Of a stretch of DNA of 64,000 nt, positions 21,535-31,988 are shown piece by piece. Position numbers and translations under genes: made by a program. The notes beneath the pieces were generated by a model, which worked only from the letters and a program-made list of their open reading frames with translations, was not told the DNA's origin and did not search any database. How positions within the stretch are numbered: position 1 is the stretch's first letter; each line of letters begins with the position of its first letter. The stretch is from Candidatus Poribacteria bacterium (GTDB lineage Bacteria > Poribacteria > WGA-4E > JAJDTR01): contig CBDCTK010000002.1 of the NCBI GenBank assembly GCA_965222225.1, positions 4,096,001 through 4,160,000 of the forward strand, given 5' to 3'.

Positions 21535-21844
21535 AACCGAAAACAGACACGAATTTGACGCCGGTGAAGCCGTTGCGTCTAGGCATGGTGCGGGTTCAGG
21601 AACTTTTCAGGCGAGGGAGACGGAATCCTACGGCAAGGCAGAAAGGGGTGGGATGTTTTGTCGAGTCAGTTCGGGAAAATGGGCTTAAGAGGTGTTTCAA
21701 CTCTTGCCAGCAAAGGATTTCAAGCAAAATCAGACAAAATGTCCCCAAAAGCCACATTGTCACACCCTTTTGAGACGAGTGGTCGCGCGGCAGGAATGAA
21801 TGCGTATAGAACAGCAAGTGAAGTTGGGAAAAGCAAACACCTCC

Positions 21845-22385
21845 TCAGGCTTTGCCTTCAGACTTTCGCATGCGGTTTACGCGCTTGGTTAACGCCTCTC
21901 TTGAAATACTCAAGAGTCGAGCCGCAATGGTCTGCTTTCCATCGGCGCGCTTAAGCGCCTCCTCAATCACGAGTGGTTCTACTTCTTTCAACGAGGGCAG
22001 GTTTCGCGCGCGAGCTAATGTCTCGGTAAACCCGACCTCCCTCGCTCCGGTCACGGTGTCCTTGTGCAAAGCAGAAGTTTGTTCGTCAATCGCTTCCCGA
22101 AAAGGTTCTGTGGACAGTACGCCGCCTTTGTGCTGACTCACGGCGTCGTGCACCATCGCCTCAAGCTCTCTGATGTTTCCGGGGAAGTGGTAGGTCCCAA
22201 GCAGCGTAAAGAGCTCCGGTGGAGGCGTAGGCGTTTTTTGCCAAGCGCATTGCCGGATTGTTTGAGGAAATGGGATACGAGCAAAGGAATGTTCCCCTTG
22301 CGCTCACGCAGCGGAGGCAAAAGTACAGGTCTTCGCGGAAAGTTCCGCCCGCTGTCAGAAATTCAATCGTCCGATCCGTCGTCAC
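21845..22385 (-). pseudogene. 3' remnant of a sigma54-dependent (NtrC/Fis-type) activator
   Basis: GTFREDLYF, PPLRERKGNIPLLVSHFL, YHFPGNIREL and Fis HTH (QTIAARLLSISREAL) spread over several frames. No GAFTGA or Walker A part. Confidence 0.8.
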
Positions 22386-22589
22386 AACCGTTGGCGGCGC
22401 TCAATAATTAGCCGATTGATGCAGCCGCTTCTGGTCAAAAAATCGCCGTAGTCTCTCAATTGACGAGAAGCTAGGTTCAACCAAGTCATAATCGTTAAGA
22501 TTAACCTCCTCATGCTTGACACTACTCCAAATCTATCCAGCCGAGGTACCACTGTCTGCTTTTCGGCGTAAGGCCTGGTTCTCTCCCCG

Positions 22590-24557
22590 TTACCACCACG
22601 CGGTGAAGTTGTAGGTCTGGGTTTTAAACACAATTCCAAAAAGCGCCCAGAAACCCCCCACCGCAAATTCGCCCAAAATCATGCCGAAGAATAGGGGCAG
22701 CACTTGTCGATGCAACTTCAATCCGCCGTGTCTTAAAACCAGCCACTTAATCAGCCACGCCAGGAAGAACATCGACCAAAGATCCCGCATTCCGTATGTA
22801 CTGGATACTGCGTACCCCGCCGGGTGAAAGGGCCACCAGAGGAATTGCCACCGCATAACCATCAGGAAGATTCCGAACAACAGACCGTATGCAAAGAATC
22901 CCATGCCCATAAAATCTGTTGATGTCGGATAGGTCAACCATCCCTGTAAACGCTTGAACGGTTCTAGCCCGGCCCAAGTCATGGTAACGCCACTGTGTTG
23001 ATACGCCGAATCCAATACCGCCCAAAAGGCGACCACCGTGCCAAGCACCGTGGCAATCAGCATAGCGAGAAGGACACGACGGTTGTTCATCCGCGATTGA
23101 TCGGCAAGCTTGAATCCCTCAAGTTGATGCGGCATGACATCGCTGTAGTGGGCACGGGTGAGGAACCAGAAGAAAGATAGAACAGACAGGTTACCCGGGC
23201 CTAATTTTCGTGTGCCCATTGCACCTACCATGAGGTATTCCGGTCCTGCGAAGTGTAGGTCGTGGATAGGGGAGCCTACCTCGGCACGGATCCGGGTAAT
23301 GCCGATTTCCGTCATCAAGTACAGTGCGAAAAAGATTCCCGCTGCCCACATGGACATGCCCGCCTTCCAGCAGAACACCACTAGAAAAGCAAAGCCAAAT
23401 ATCAACCCAAGCACGGCGGTTCGATAACGAAGCGGCTCCGCAGCCCCAGCATCTCTGTGTTCTCGCGCACCAAGATGCAGTATCGATCTGAATAGTCGTG
23501 CCAAATGCCCTCGACCGATCCACAAGGCGATGACGAAAAGCGCGATGTACGCTCCCGTGCTCTGCTCCGGAAATTCCGGACGCTGGCGAAAGCCCATCGC
23601 GCTGCCCAAGACTAACTGTGCTTTCCAAAAGAAGAAAAAGAACCAGCAGGAGAAAGCTATGTCGAGCGGAATGAGAAAGATGAGCCCCAACATAAACGGA
23701 CGGAAGGTCAGCGCCATATGACCTATGGCATCCCACGGCTTTGTTGTAAATAGAGTGCCTAGATTAATCGGTTTGAACCGAAGGTATGGAATCGAGGGAA
23801 AGAAGAAGTGAAACCCGTTAATCATTCCGATTAGGCTTACCACGCAGAAACTAATCAAAAACAGCCTATTCGTGAACAGTTTGGATGCGGGGTTCGTCAT
23901 CTGGAAGGGGAGTTGAACAATCGGGAATGACAATCGCTCCCGATCCGACCACTGCTTGCGAATGATTATATTGACACAGATCATCACAAACATCAATACA
24001 CATATAAAGGCAGACCATATGAGTACCGGCGCTAGCCACGCTTCGATGTGTCGTGCGGTATAAAGGGACGATTCCGTTTTTACCCCTGTGATGTACCCAT
24101 CCAGAGTCCACTGGTCGGTGATGGCAAGCCATTTGGGAATGTAGCGGCCGAAGAGTTCGCTCCATTCGTTCTCCGGGGTGGCCAAGCCAAACGGGGCAGC
24201 CATAGTCGGCGGCAGGATTTGAATCATGCTGTGACCGACCAGCGCTGCCGACTGGCTCAGCATAATGTAGAGCGTGACCAGTTCGCCCTGGCGAAAAACC
24301 AGTTTGGGAGAGATTTTTCGCAGCGGGATGTTAAGAACGATTAGGATGAGTAGGTTGAAGACGACGTTGAAAAAGAGCGCAACGAGTGTCGAGTGGGCGG
24401 AATAGTAGATCGCTTCCATCTGCATGATCCAGTATGAGTTTAGCGGGATCAGCAGAATGGCGATCAGTATTGCGCGCCACGTCACAGCAGTGTCCTGATT
24501 TGGTTTGTCAAGGGTCATGTTCTGCGATTTTCCTCCGGCGTTCCGATAATCATCCAT
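22590..24557 (-). CDS. DUF6785/DUF6784-like polytopic membrane protein (putative transporter)
   Basis: Many TMs; RKQWSDRERLSFPIVQLP, TRIRAEVG, WWPFHPAGYA. Confidence 0.75.
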   Translation of the reverse strand: MDDYRNAGGKSQNMTLDKPNQDTAVTWRAILIAILLIPLNSYWIMQMEAIYYSAHSTLVALFFNVVFNLLILIVLNIPLRKISPKLVFRQGELVTLYIMLSQSAALVGHSMIQILPPTMAAPFGLATPENEWSELFGRYIPKWLAITDQWTLDGYITGVKTESSLYTARHIEAWLAPVLIWSAFICVLMFVMICVNIIIRKQWSDRERLSFPIVQLPFQMTNPASKLFTNRLFLISFCVVSLIGMINGFHFFFPSIPYLRFKPINLGTLFTTKPWDAIGHMALTFRPFMLGLIFLIPLDIAFSCWFFFFFWKAQLVLGSAMGFRQRPEFPEQSTGAYIALFVIALWIGRGHLARLFRSILHLGAREHRDAGAAEPLRYRTAVLGLIFGFAFLVVFCWKAGMSMWAAGIFFALYLMTEIGITRIRAEVGSPIHDLHFAGPEYLMVGAMGTRKLGPGNLSVLSFFWFLTRAHYSDVMPHQLEGFKLADQSRMNNRRVLLAMLIATVLGTVVAFWAVLDSAYQHSGVTMTWAGLEPFKRLQGWLTYPTSTDFMGMGFFAYGLLFGIFLMVMRWQFLWWPFHPAGYAVSSTYGMRDLWSMFFLAWLIKWLVLRHGGLKLHRQVLPLFFGMILGEFAVGGFWALFGIVFKTQTYNFTAWW

Positions 24558-24565
24558 TCTGAAAG

Positions 24566-24600
24566 GATCTCTATCGCCTTCGCTATCCGATCAGTTGATT
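24566..24600 (-). repeat. 35-bp GATC micro-element overlapping a stop codon
   Basis: GATCTCTATCGCCTTCGCTATCCGATCAGTTGATT; contains the TGA of 24591..25553. Confidence 0.75.
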
Positions 24601-25553
24601 TGATTTACCGGACTGCGGGGTTTCTGACCTTGCAGAACACGCACTACCTCTTCCGCTCCTCTCGTTCGCATATCTTCCATCGATTCTTCCGAATACCAGG
24701 CGCTGTGCGGCGTAATCCACACCCGTTCTTCGTGCAGAAGTGGATGGTCAACCGGTGGAGGTTCAGCCGACAGCACGTCAAGCGCTGCTCCTGCAATCTG
24801 TCCGGACCTTACGGCTTCAAGCAACGCATCCTCGTCAATCAATGCACCGCGAGCGGTGTTGATTAGGAAGGCTGTGGGTTTCATCAATGAAAGCGATTTG
24901 GAATTGATGATGTGCCGCGTTCCCTCTGTTAGCGGCACGTGTAGAGAGATATAATCCGATGTGCGCAGCAGCGTCTCCCAATCAACCAACTGAGCGTCGG
25001 AGGATTCAGGGGGCAACGAATCCAGGTAGGGATCGTGAACAACCACTTCTAGACCGAGACCGCGAGCCTTACTGCCTACTGCTCGACCAATACGCCCGAA
25101 ACCCAACAAACCGAGCGTTTGTCCTTGAAGTCGGCGAATGGGCGCAACGACCTTGTTTCCCCATTCACCTCTACGAGTCGATTCGAGCAGACGTGGGAAA
25201 CCGCGTGCGTGAGCCAATAGGGACGCGATGGCGTGAGTCGAAACCTCATCAACTGCGTAGTCGGGGACGTAGGTCACCCAAATACCGTGTTTGGTGGCTG
25301 CATCGATATCAATGGCATCAAGTCCGGTTCCCACCCTGCTGATAATCCGGCAACGCTCCATGGTGGCTATTAGCTCGGCAGGAACGGGTTGAAGGGTGAC
25401 CATCAGTGCGTCAGCCTGTGCTACGACTTCACGTGAGGCAGGTGTGTCGAGACTACCTAGATGTGACACATTTGCGTCAATCGTACTTAACATTTCCTCC
25501 TCTATCCGGATGTCGCCGAATCCGGGATATGCAATTACAACAGTTGGTGCCAT
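24591..25553 (-). CDS. D-isomer-specific 2-hydroxyacid dehydrogenase (CtBP/SerA-like)
   Basis: GLLGFGRIG, SLHVPLT, INTARG, ALDV..EPP, TPHSAWYS. Confidence 0.92.
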   Translation of the reverse strand: MAPTVVIAYPGFGDIRIEEEMLSTIDANVSHLGSLDTPASREVVAQADALMVTLQPVPAELIATMERCRIISRVGTGLDAIDIDAATKHGIWVTYVPDYAVDEVSTHAIASLLAHARGFPRLLESTRRGEWGNKVVAPIRRLQGQTLGLLGFGRIGRAVGSKARGLGLEVVVHDPYLDSLPPESSDAQLVDWETLLRTSDYISLHVPLTEGTRHIINSKSLSLMKPTAFLINTARGALIDEDALLEAVRSGQIAGAALDVLSAEPPPVDHPLLHEERVWITPHSAWYSEESMEDMRTRGAEEVVRVLQGQKPRSPVNQIN

Positions 25554-25666
25554 TTGCTATATGCTCCTTCTTTATGGATTGTTTGGTAGTAACTCCCTGC
25601 GGTAGTTATTCGATTCTCCGCGTAATGGGGGCGATTGTCCGAAATTACTCCTGTCGTTCTCTACAA

Positions 25667-27646
25667 TTAAATTTGCGCATAAGTAATCAACAGCGAGCCT
25701 GGCGCTTTGTTGATTGTCACCTCAATCCCGTCGCTGAGAGCACTGCCTGTGACCGTTTCCACATCGCGCGAATCTTCGGATTTGAGTTCGTACCGTGCTT
25801 TTGGATCAAGCCCCCTTAAACTCAGTCGAGCTGAAAGGTAAGGGCTCTGCGGACGGCGAAATGCCAAGACCATGCCCTGTTTCAAGTCTTCACGGTGGAA
25901 CTGGAACGCCATCCAAACGTCATCATTGGTCGAGTACGATGTCAGTGGATAGTAGTCTCCGTAAAAGAAGGGACGGATTCGTTTATATTCGGCTGCCGTC
26001 TTTTGAGCAATCTCGACCGGGAAGTTCGGGGAATGGACATCCCAGCCAAGAACGAATCCACTGTTCATCGCGCTACGTGATTCATAGGAATTTGGGTTGT
26101 TGCTACCGGTGCCGCTGCATGGCAGATAGTAGTGCAATCCATACGTGTGGCACTGGTATCCGTTCGGTTCATAGTAGTCGTAATCAGTGCGCCAGAGCGG
26201 CACGCTTCTGGAGGTGGTTTCAAGATCAATGCGCCGTCCGCCGCTGGCACAATTGTCGATGATTAACCCAGGATGTCGATTCAGCAGTTCATCCCAGAAC
26301 GCATATAAACCTTCAATATGTCGGATTTCCGTCATTCCCTGGCGGTCCGGAGCGTCTGCCGTGCGCCAATGACGAAGCGGATCCATATTGAAATCCTGAC
26401 GGTAGACGCTAATTCCCTGTCCTGTAATCATCCCGGAGATGTGCTCTATGAGCCAACGCCTCGCCTCAAGGTTCCCTAGATTTAACAATCCGTTTGGGTT
26501 GTCAGGAATCCTAAGAACCCAGTCGGGGTGTTCCCGGTCGAGCCACGATTCTTGATATACGCGCTCCGGTTCAAACCAGAGAAGGAATTTCATCTCAGCG
26601 TTCTTGGCGGCATCCGAAAGCGGCTTAAGCCGGTTGGGAAAATGATCTTCTCTAATGGTCCAATTCCCAACGCCGCTAGGCCAGCCGCCATCAAACCACC
26701 CCGCGTCGAGCCACCAATTCTCGACATTCAATCCCAGCTCATGGTAACGTTGGGTAAATGCAATCTGATTGGACTCGGTCGATTCGTTTAGGGGAGAGCC
26801 ACTGGCTGAAAAAGGCGTCGTCACGGGCTTACCGTCCTTTTGAGGGGTGTGGTGAGCCAAGATGAAACGCCTCAGCAGGTTGTGGCCTCGCATTCGATCT
26901 TCACCCTCCCAGAACAGCAAAAGTATCCGGGGTGTGCGAATTTCTTCGCCGGGATAAAGCTTCAGATGGGTCAATTCCATCCCGGATAGAATCCTCAGAC
27001 TCTCCGCGTCGTCTCTGAGAAAGCTAATCGACCACTGCCCCGACCAGCCAATCCCCAGCATCACGCCTCCGCCGGGCGTTTCAGTGTTGAAAAACGGAAG
27101 TGCTCGCGTATTGGAGGATCGTCCGCCTACCGGCGCAAGTTCAATCTTCGTGTTGGCGTGCAATACGTCTGTAATGGGGGCGAAATCGTTTCGGGAGGCC
27201 GAACTGCCCAAGGCACGATGGAGAACAAATTCGCCTTCCCCGTTGCGAGTGAAGACGGTATCTAGTGCCTGCACGTCCTCAAGGATGGGTGTGTGCGTAG
27301 CGCCCTCGTTCCTGAACTTAACAACCCACTCCACCGCCGGGAAGTCCGAGAAGATTTCCCATTCGCACTGGATAACAAGACCGGATTTGCTGTCTCTATA
27401 AGTCAGCAAGCCCGCTGTTTTCACGTCGTCATGGTGCGTCGTTTCCTTGCTGGATTCCCAGGTCTTGAGCAGGTTAGCGGAGGGTGTGCCACCATAAGTG
27501 AATGAAAATGGTGGAAGGGTCTCTGTCGACAGGTGAGAATTTATCCACGATTGGACTTTGTTTTTTTCTTCTGTAGATTGCAGAAGCGACAAACTGCCCT
27601 CCTTGAGAATTCCTTCTGTGATGTCCTTCACTGGCGTGCGCGCCAT
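25667..27646 (-). CDS. GH36 alpha-galactosidase-like glycoside hydrolase (start may be TTG 27592)
   Basis: WLDAGW, WFEPE, YRQDFN, DNCASGGRRID, LWRTD. Confidence 0.88.
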   Translation of the reverse strand: MARTPVKDITEGILKEGSLSLLQSTEEKNKVQSWINSHLSTETLPPFSFTYGGTPSANLLKTWESSKETTHHDDVKTAGLLTYRDSKSGLVIQCEWEIFSDFPAVEWVVKFRNEGATHTPILEDVQALDTVFTRNGEGEFVLHRALGSSASRNDFAPITDVLHANTKIELAPVGGRSSNTRALPFFNTETPGGGVMLGIGWSGQWSISFLRDDAESLRILSGMELTHLKLYPGEEIRTPRILLLFWEGEDRMRGHNLLRRFILAHHTPQKDGKPVTTPFSASGSPLNESTESNQIAFTQRYHELGLNVENWWLDAGWFDGGWPSGVGNWTIREDHFPNRLKPLSDAAKNAEMKFLLWFEPERVYQESWLDREHPDWVLRIPDNPNGLLNLGNLEARRWLIEHISGMITGQGISVYRQDFNMDPLRHWRTADAPDRQGMTEIRHIEGLYAFWDELLNRHPGLIIDNCASGGRRIDLETTSRSVPLWRTDYDYYEPNGYQCHTYGLHYYLPCSGTGSNNPNSYESRSAMNSGFVLGWDVHSPNFPVEIAQKTAAEYKRIRPFFYGDYYPLTSYSTNDDVWMAFQFHREDLKQGMVLAFRRPQSPYLSARLSLRGLDPKARYELKSEDSRDVETVTGSALSDGIEVTINKAPGSLLITYAQI

Positions 27647-27710
27647 CTATACGCTTTGGGAAGAGTCTTATTACACGCCAAGAACTCAGTCGGGAAATAC
27701 AATCGACGTG

Positions 27711-29636
27711 TCATTGACGTCCTCGATATGTCACGAGAAGACTTGCTCGCGGTACGGGTTTGTCGATCGACAACCCTTCGGTCATTTCCGCCCCACTGAT
27801 TTGCCGATTGGTCCGGTTTCGAGATTCATCGCTCAAGGTGAGAAAATAATTTCCATCTGGGTTGAGTCTTCGCGGCAACACCTGAAGCGTGGAGGCGGAG
27901 CACTGTTCCCGTCGGAAGGCTAGGATGATTCCCTCGTCCAGATCCTGCCGATGCAACTGAAACGCGAGCCAGTCCTCGGGAGCAGATGAAGGTTTCGTTA
28001 GCGGGTAGAAATCGCGCAACCAGTAGGGGCGATTGACTCTCAATTCAGCCGTCGCTTCTCGCGCCAATTCAAATGGGAAATCGGCGTCCAACAACTGCCA
28101 CTGTGAAACGCCTCCGATGGTTGCGGAACTGCGGCAGTGATAAGTCTCGTGGCTATGCGTGCAGGCGAGATGCAACACAATGTAGGAACTCAATCCTATC
28201 GTCTGCACTTGGCGCCAGTCTGAATGATCGGAACCGCAACTCGTATCGCTCCGCCACATAGGAATGGCGCGCATACAGGTCTCAAGATCGATTCGTCTAC
28301 CGCCGCTCGCGCAATTGTCAATTATTAAGTTCGGGCGCGCACCGAGAAGGTCGTCCCAAAACTGATAGAAACCCGCAACCCACATCATCTCGGTCATCCC
28401 CTGCCGGTCCGCTGTATCCTTAGAACGCCAATAACCCAGCGGGTCAATGTTGAAATCTTCGCGGTAGATGTCTATTCCAAATTCGTCAATCAACCCTCCG
28501 ATTCGTTCTGTCATCCATTGCCGGGCTTCGGGAATCCCAAAATTAAAAACACCGTGAGATTGATCCCACAACCTAAGCACTCATTGCGGGTGCTCCCCCC
28601 AAACCTCGGTTCCCTCATGGACACGCCCCGGCTCAAACCGCACGAGGAATCGCATCCCGTTCTCATGAACGGCATCTGCAATCGGTTTTAGCCCATGTGG
28701 AAATTCCCGAGGTTTGGCGAACCAATTACCGACGCCGTGCGGAAAATCTCCTTCGAACCAAGCCGCGTCCAGCCAATAGGTATCTATTCCACACTGCGCA
28801 ACCTTATCGATGAAATCAAGTTGGCCAGCCTCCGTGGGCCAGGTCGGGTGGCTGTGATAAACATCGAAGTTGTTCTCCGCAATCGGGACATCGGGCAACT
28901 CACCGCCTACCCTCGGGACATAATGCGCAAACATCAGTCGGCGAAATTGATTATGTGCTGCCGCCAATCCATCAGACCAAGGCATTAGAAGAATCCTAGG
29001 CGTTCTGATCTTCTCTCCGGGATGAAGCCGCAAGTGGGTGTGTGCCATCCCGGCTTGCAGATTCAGGCTTCCCGGTTGCGTTCGCGATAGCGAAACTTTC
29101 CATTGACCCGTCCAGCCGATTGCGACGATTAGTCCCTCACCCCGATGTTCCGTAGTGAAATACGGAAATACGTTGTTAGACGATCGTCCACCCGTAGGTT
29201 GAAACGCGACTTTCTGACCGGCGTCCAATCGTGTTTCAAACGGGAGAAAACTCTGCTCGTTGCACGCATCACCATGAATTTGATGGAGCTTCACCGGTTC
29301 ATCGGATTCTGTTGACAGGGCAATATCCAGTGGCAGAATCGTTTCTAGAATGGGCGTATCTTCTTCGCCTACGTTTTCGAAGTAAACAACCAACTCTACG
29401 GCAGTGAAGCCGCGATGTACCTTAACTTGCAACGTCACCACAAGATCGGTATCGGGTTCTTTGAGGGATTTCACAATCTGAAATTGGTCGCCGTCCGCTG
29501 CTTCTTCTTTGGTGCCTTCGGACGTGTGCGGCAACGCCTTGAAACGGGCATCCCCGTACCTGAATGAGAGCGGAATACTAGAGCACATTTCCGTCACATC
29601 TCCCTCAAGCATGGTTCTGAATTCGCCCATCCACAT
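27711..29636 (-). pseudogene. GH36 paralog with an in-frame stop
   Basis: EHPQ*VLRL versus EHPDWVLRI in the paralog (TGA at 28581..28583). WFEPE is also degraded to RFEPG. Confidence 0.85.
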
Positions 29637-29652
29637 ATTGCCTTTTTCCCTT

Positions 29653-31689
29653 CTATTCGACCCGTTTATAGGTGATTATCGCAGCGTGCGGTTTCTCGGC
29701 GATCCGGGTAACCAAGCCCTCTTCCATCAGTTCACGCCCAGTCATCTCGCGTGAGGTATCGGCGTCCATGTCCTCTAAGAGGTAACGCGCGTCTGCAACC
29801 AATTCGTGTAAGTGCAGCCGGGCGGATTCGTAGATGCTCTCTTCGCGTCGAAACGCTTGTACCATTCCTTCGCCATCCTCGGGCAGGTTGAATTGCCACG
29901 CCATCCAAACACCTTTATCTTGGCTGTACGATGTCAAAGGATAATAATCGCCGTAATAAAACTTGCGAATGTCGAGGTACTGCTCTAGCAGACATCTCGC
30001 CTCCTCGCCCTGATCGCCGTCGGCCTCCTCCCACAATTGAGTCATCAATCCTGCGGTCATGACGCTACGAAATTCGTATTCATTTCCCTTTTTCAAAACG
30101 GCGCCACGTGCAGCCATGTGCAGCGGCACCCACTGAAAGAGGCCGTAGCTGTGGCATTGGGCGTGGATGCTGTCATGAGCCCAGTCTGTTCGATGCAGTG
30201 CGGTGCTGCGACCAATTGATTCGAGGTCGATGCGCCTCCCCCCGCTCGCGCAGTTATCTATCATCAGATGGGGGTGTCGTTGTATCAGGTTGTCCCAGAA
30301 GGCATAAAGCCCTTCAATATAGCGAATCTCCGTTATGCCCTGTCGGTCGGGCGCGTCGGCATGTCGCCAATATTCCAACGGCGCAATATTGGCATCTTCA
30401 CGATACCAATCAAGTCCAAATTCAACGATTCGGTCAGAGATAAAATCGGTCAAGAACGCTTGCGCATTGGGGTTGCCCATGTTGAACATCAGTTCGTCGG
30501 CGCTCATCTGGCTGCGCCGGCTCTCATAGACTATCCACCTGGGGTCGTCGTGGGGGATGGGCCAGCCGTTTGTTTTCCACTGTTTGTAGTTGTCCTCTCC
30601 GTTTCCAAGTTCCAGCAGCCAGTTAGGGCGCGCCTTGAACGAAGACCAAGGGGTATCTTTGCAAACGCGGTGCGGTTCAAACCAGAGCAGAAATTGACCA
30701 CCGGATTGATGCAACATATCGGAGATTGGTCGGAAACCTTGGGGATAGAGGTCACTTTTCACCTCCCAATTTCCGGGCATGCTCCACCATGAACCTTTGC
30801 CGAACCATTCCGCATCAATCCAATAGCACGTAATGGGTAGTTCGTGCTTGACGACTCGTTGGAGGTTCGTCAGATGTTCGGCGGCTGGCGTTCCTCCCCA
30901 GCTACCGAGGATGACGGGCAAGGTGAGAGGTTCGCCGTTAGGTTGGGGTCGGTGGTGGGCAAGAATAAACCGACGGAGCAAGTTGTTTCCCCTGATGCGT
31001 GCGCCGTGCCAGAATAACATCAGAATGCTCGGTGTTCGGATAGTTTCTTCCGGATGCAACTTCAGATGCGTTAAAGCCATGCCCGCACCAAGCCGCAGCG
31101 CGTTTTCTCCTTCCCGGCAGAAAGTAGCTTCCCACTCACCCGTCCAGCCGATTCCCGTAACAAATCCATTCGATCCTGACTCAACGTTAAAAAACGGCAG
31201 TATTTCGCTGGACGATCTGCCTCCGCCGGGTTGGAGGTGTACCTGTTCTCCCGGTTCAAGCGGTTTTTCTACCGGCGCGAAATCATCAATGCAGCAAAGG
31301 GCGCCTTTGGAATAGTGCAAGACGGCTGACTCTTCGGCAAGCGGCAGGTTCGCATCAAGCGGAAGGATTTGCTCCAAGATTGGAGTATCGGTTGCGCCTC
31401 CATTCTTGAAATTCAGAACCCATTCGATGGCGGGAAAATGACGATAACTGATTGCCTCTACGTTTACTTCGAGGCGTGTATCGGGATCTGTGAAGGTGAG
31501 GGTGTGTGCGGTACGTTCCTCATCAAGCGTTTCTCTGCTATATACGGTCTCCCAACTCTTGATGAAATCTTCGGAGGAATGCCCGTCGTAGACAAAAGAG
31601 AATGCTCGTCGCGTTGCCTCGGGACAGAAACATTCCGCAATCCATGAATCTACCGCCGTCATTTCTTCCGATGCTGGCTCTACGGACAT
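29653..31689 (-). CDS. GH36 alpha-galactosidase-like glycoside hydrolase
   Basis: WIDAEW, WFEPH, YREDAN, DNCASGGRRID, HRTD. Confidence 0.88.
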   Translation of the reverse strand: MSVEPASEEMTAVDSWIAECFCPEATRRAFSFVYDGHSSEDFIKSWETVYSRETLDEERTAHTLTFTDPDTRLEVNVEAISYRHFPAIEWVLNFKNGGATDTPILEQILPLDANLPLAEESAVLHYSKGALCCIDDFAPVEKPLEPGEQVHLQPGGGRSSSEILPFFNVESGSNGFVTGIGWTGEWEATFCREGENALRLGAGMALTHLKLHPEETIRTPSILMLFWHGARIRGNNLLRRFILAHHRPQPNGEPLTLPVILGSWGGTPAAEHLTNLQRVVKHELPITCYWIDAEWFGKGSWWSMPGNWEVKSDLYPQGFRPISDMLHQSGGQFLLWFEPHRVCKDTPWSSFKARPNWLLELGNGEDNYKQWKTNGWPIPHDDPRWIVYESRRSQMSADELMFNMGNPNAQAFLTDFISDRIVEFGLDWYREDANIAPLEYWRHADAPDRQGITEIRYIEGLYAFWDNLIQRHPHLMIDNCASGGRRIDLESIGRSTALHRTDWAHDSIHAQCHSYGLFQWVPLHMAARGAVLKKGNEYEFRSVMTAGLMTQLWEEADGDQGEEARCLLEQYLDIRKFYYGDYYPLTSYSQDKGVWMAWQFNLPEDGEGMVQAFRREESIYESARLHLHELVADARYLLEDMDADTSREMTGRELMEEGLVTRIAEKPHAAIITYKRVE

Positions 31690-31988
31690 GATATTTCCCT
31701 TCTGGATAACTCAGCAAAATCCATTTTATGTGTTCAGTGACTAGTGGTTAGTGCAAACCCGACAGACACTGATGGGCAACGCATGAGGATTCAATCTACG
31801 ATCTGATGATTGAAGATTTCAACTACGAATCAATCGGCGGCGGAATCGGAATGGAGGTTTAAATTTGATGCGCGGTAGAGGCAACGCGTTTTGAGATGGT
31901 GGGCAATGTCCACCCTACAATAACTGGGTTCTACGAACATGATATTTCCTTCTGGAGAACTCGAATCTAGAACTGTGGACGGATCGAG

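Noticed and set aside
28581-28583. Stop-codon reassignment (TGA as Trp) or selenocysteine
   Set aside because: TGA terminates many genes here, the other internal stops are TAG and TAA, and the same gene has other degenerate motifs.
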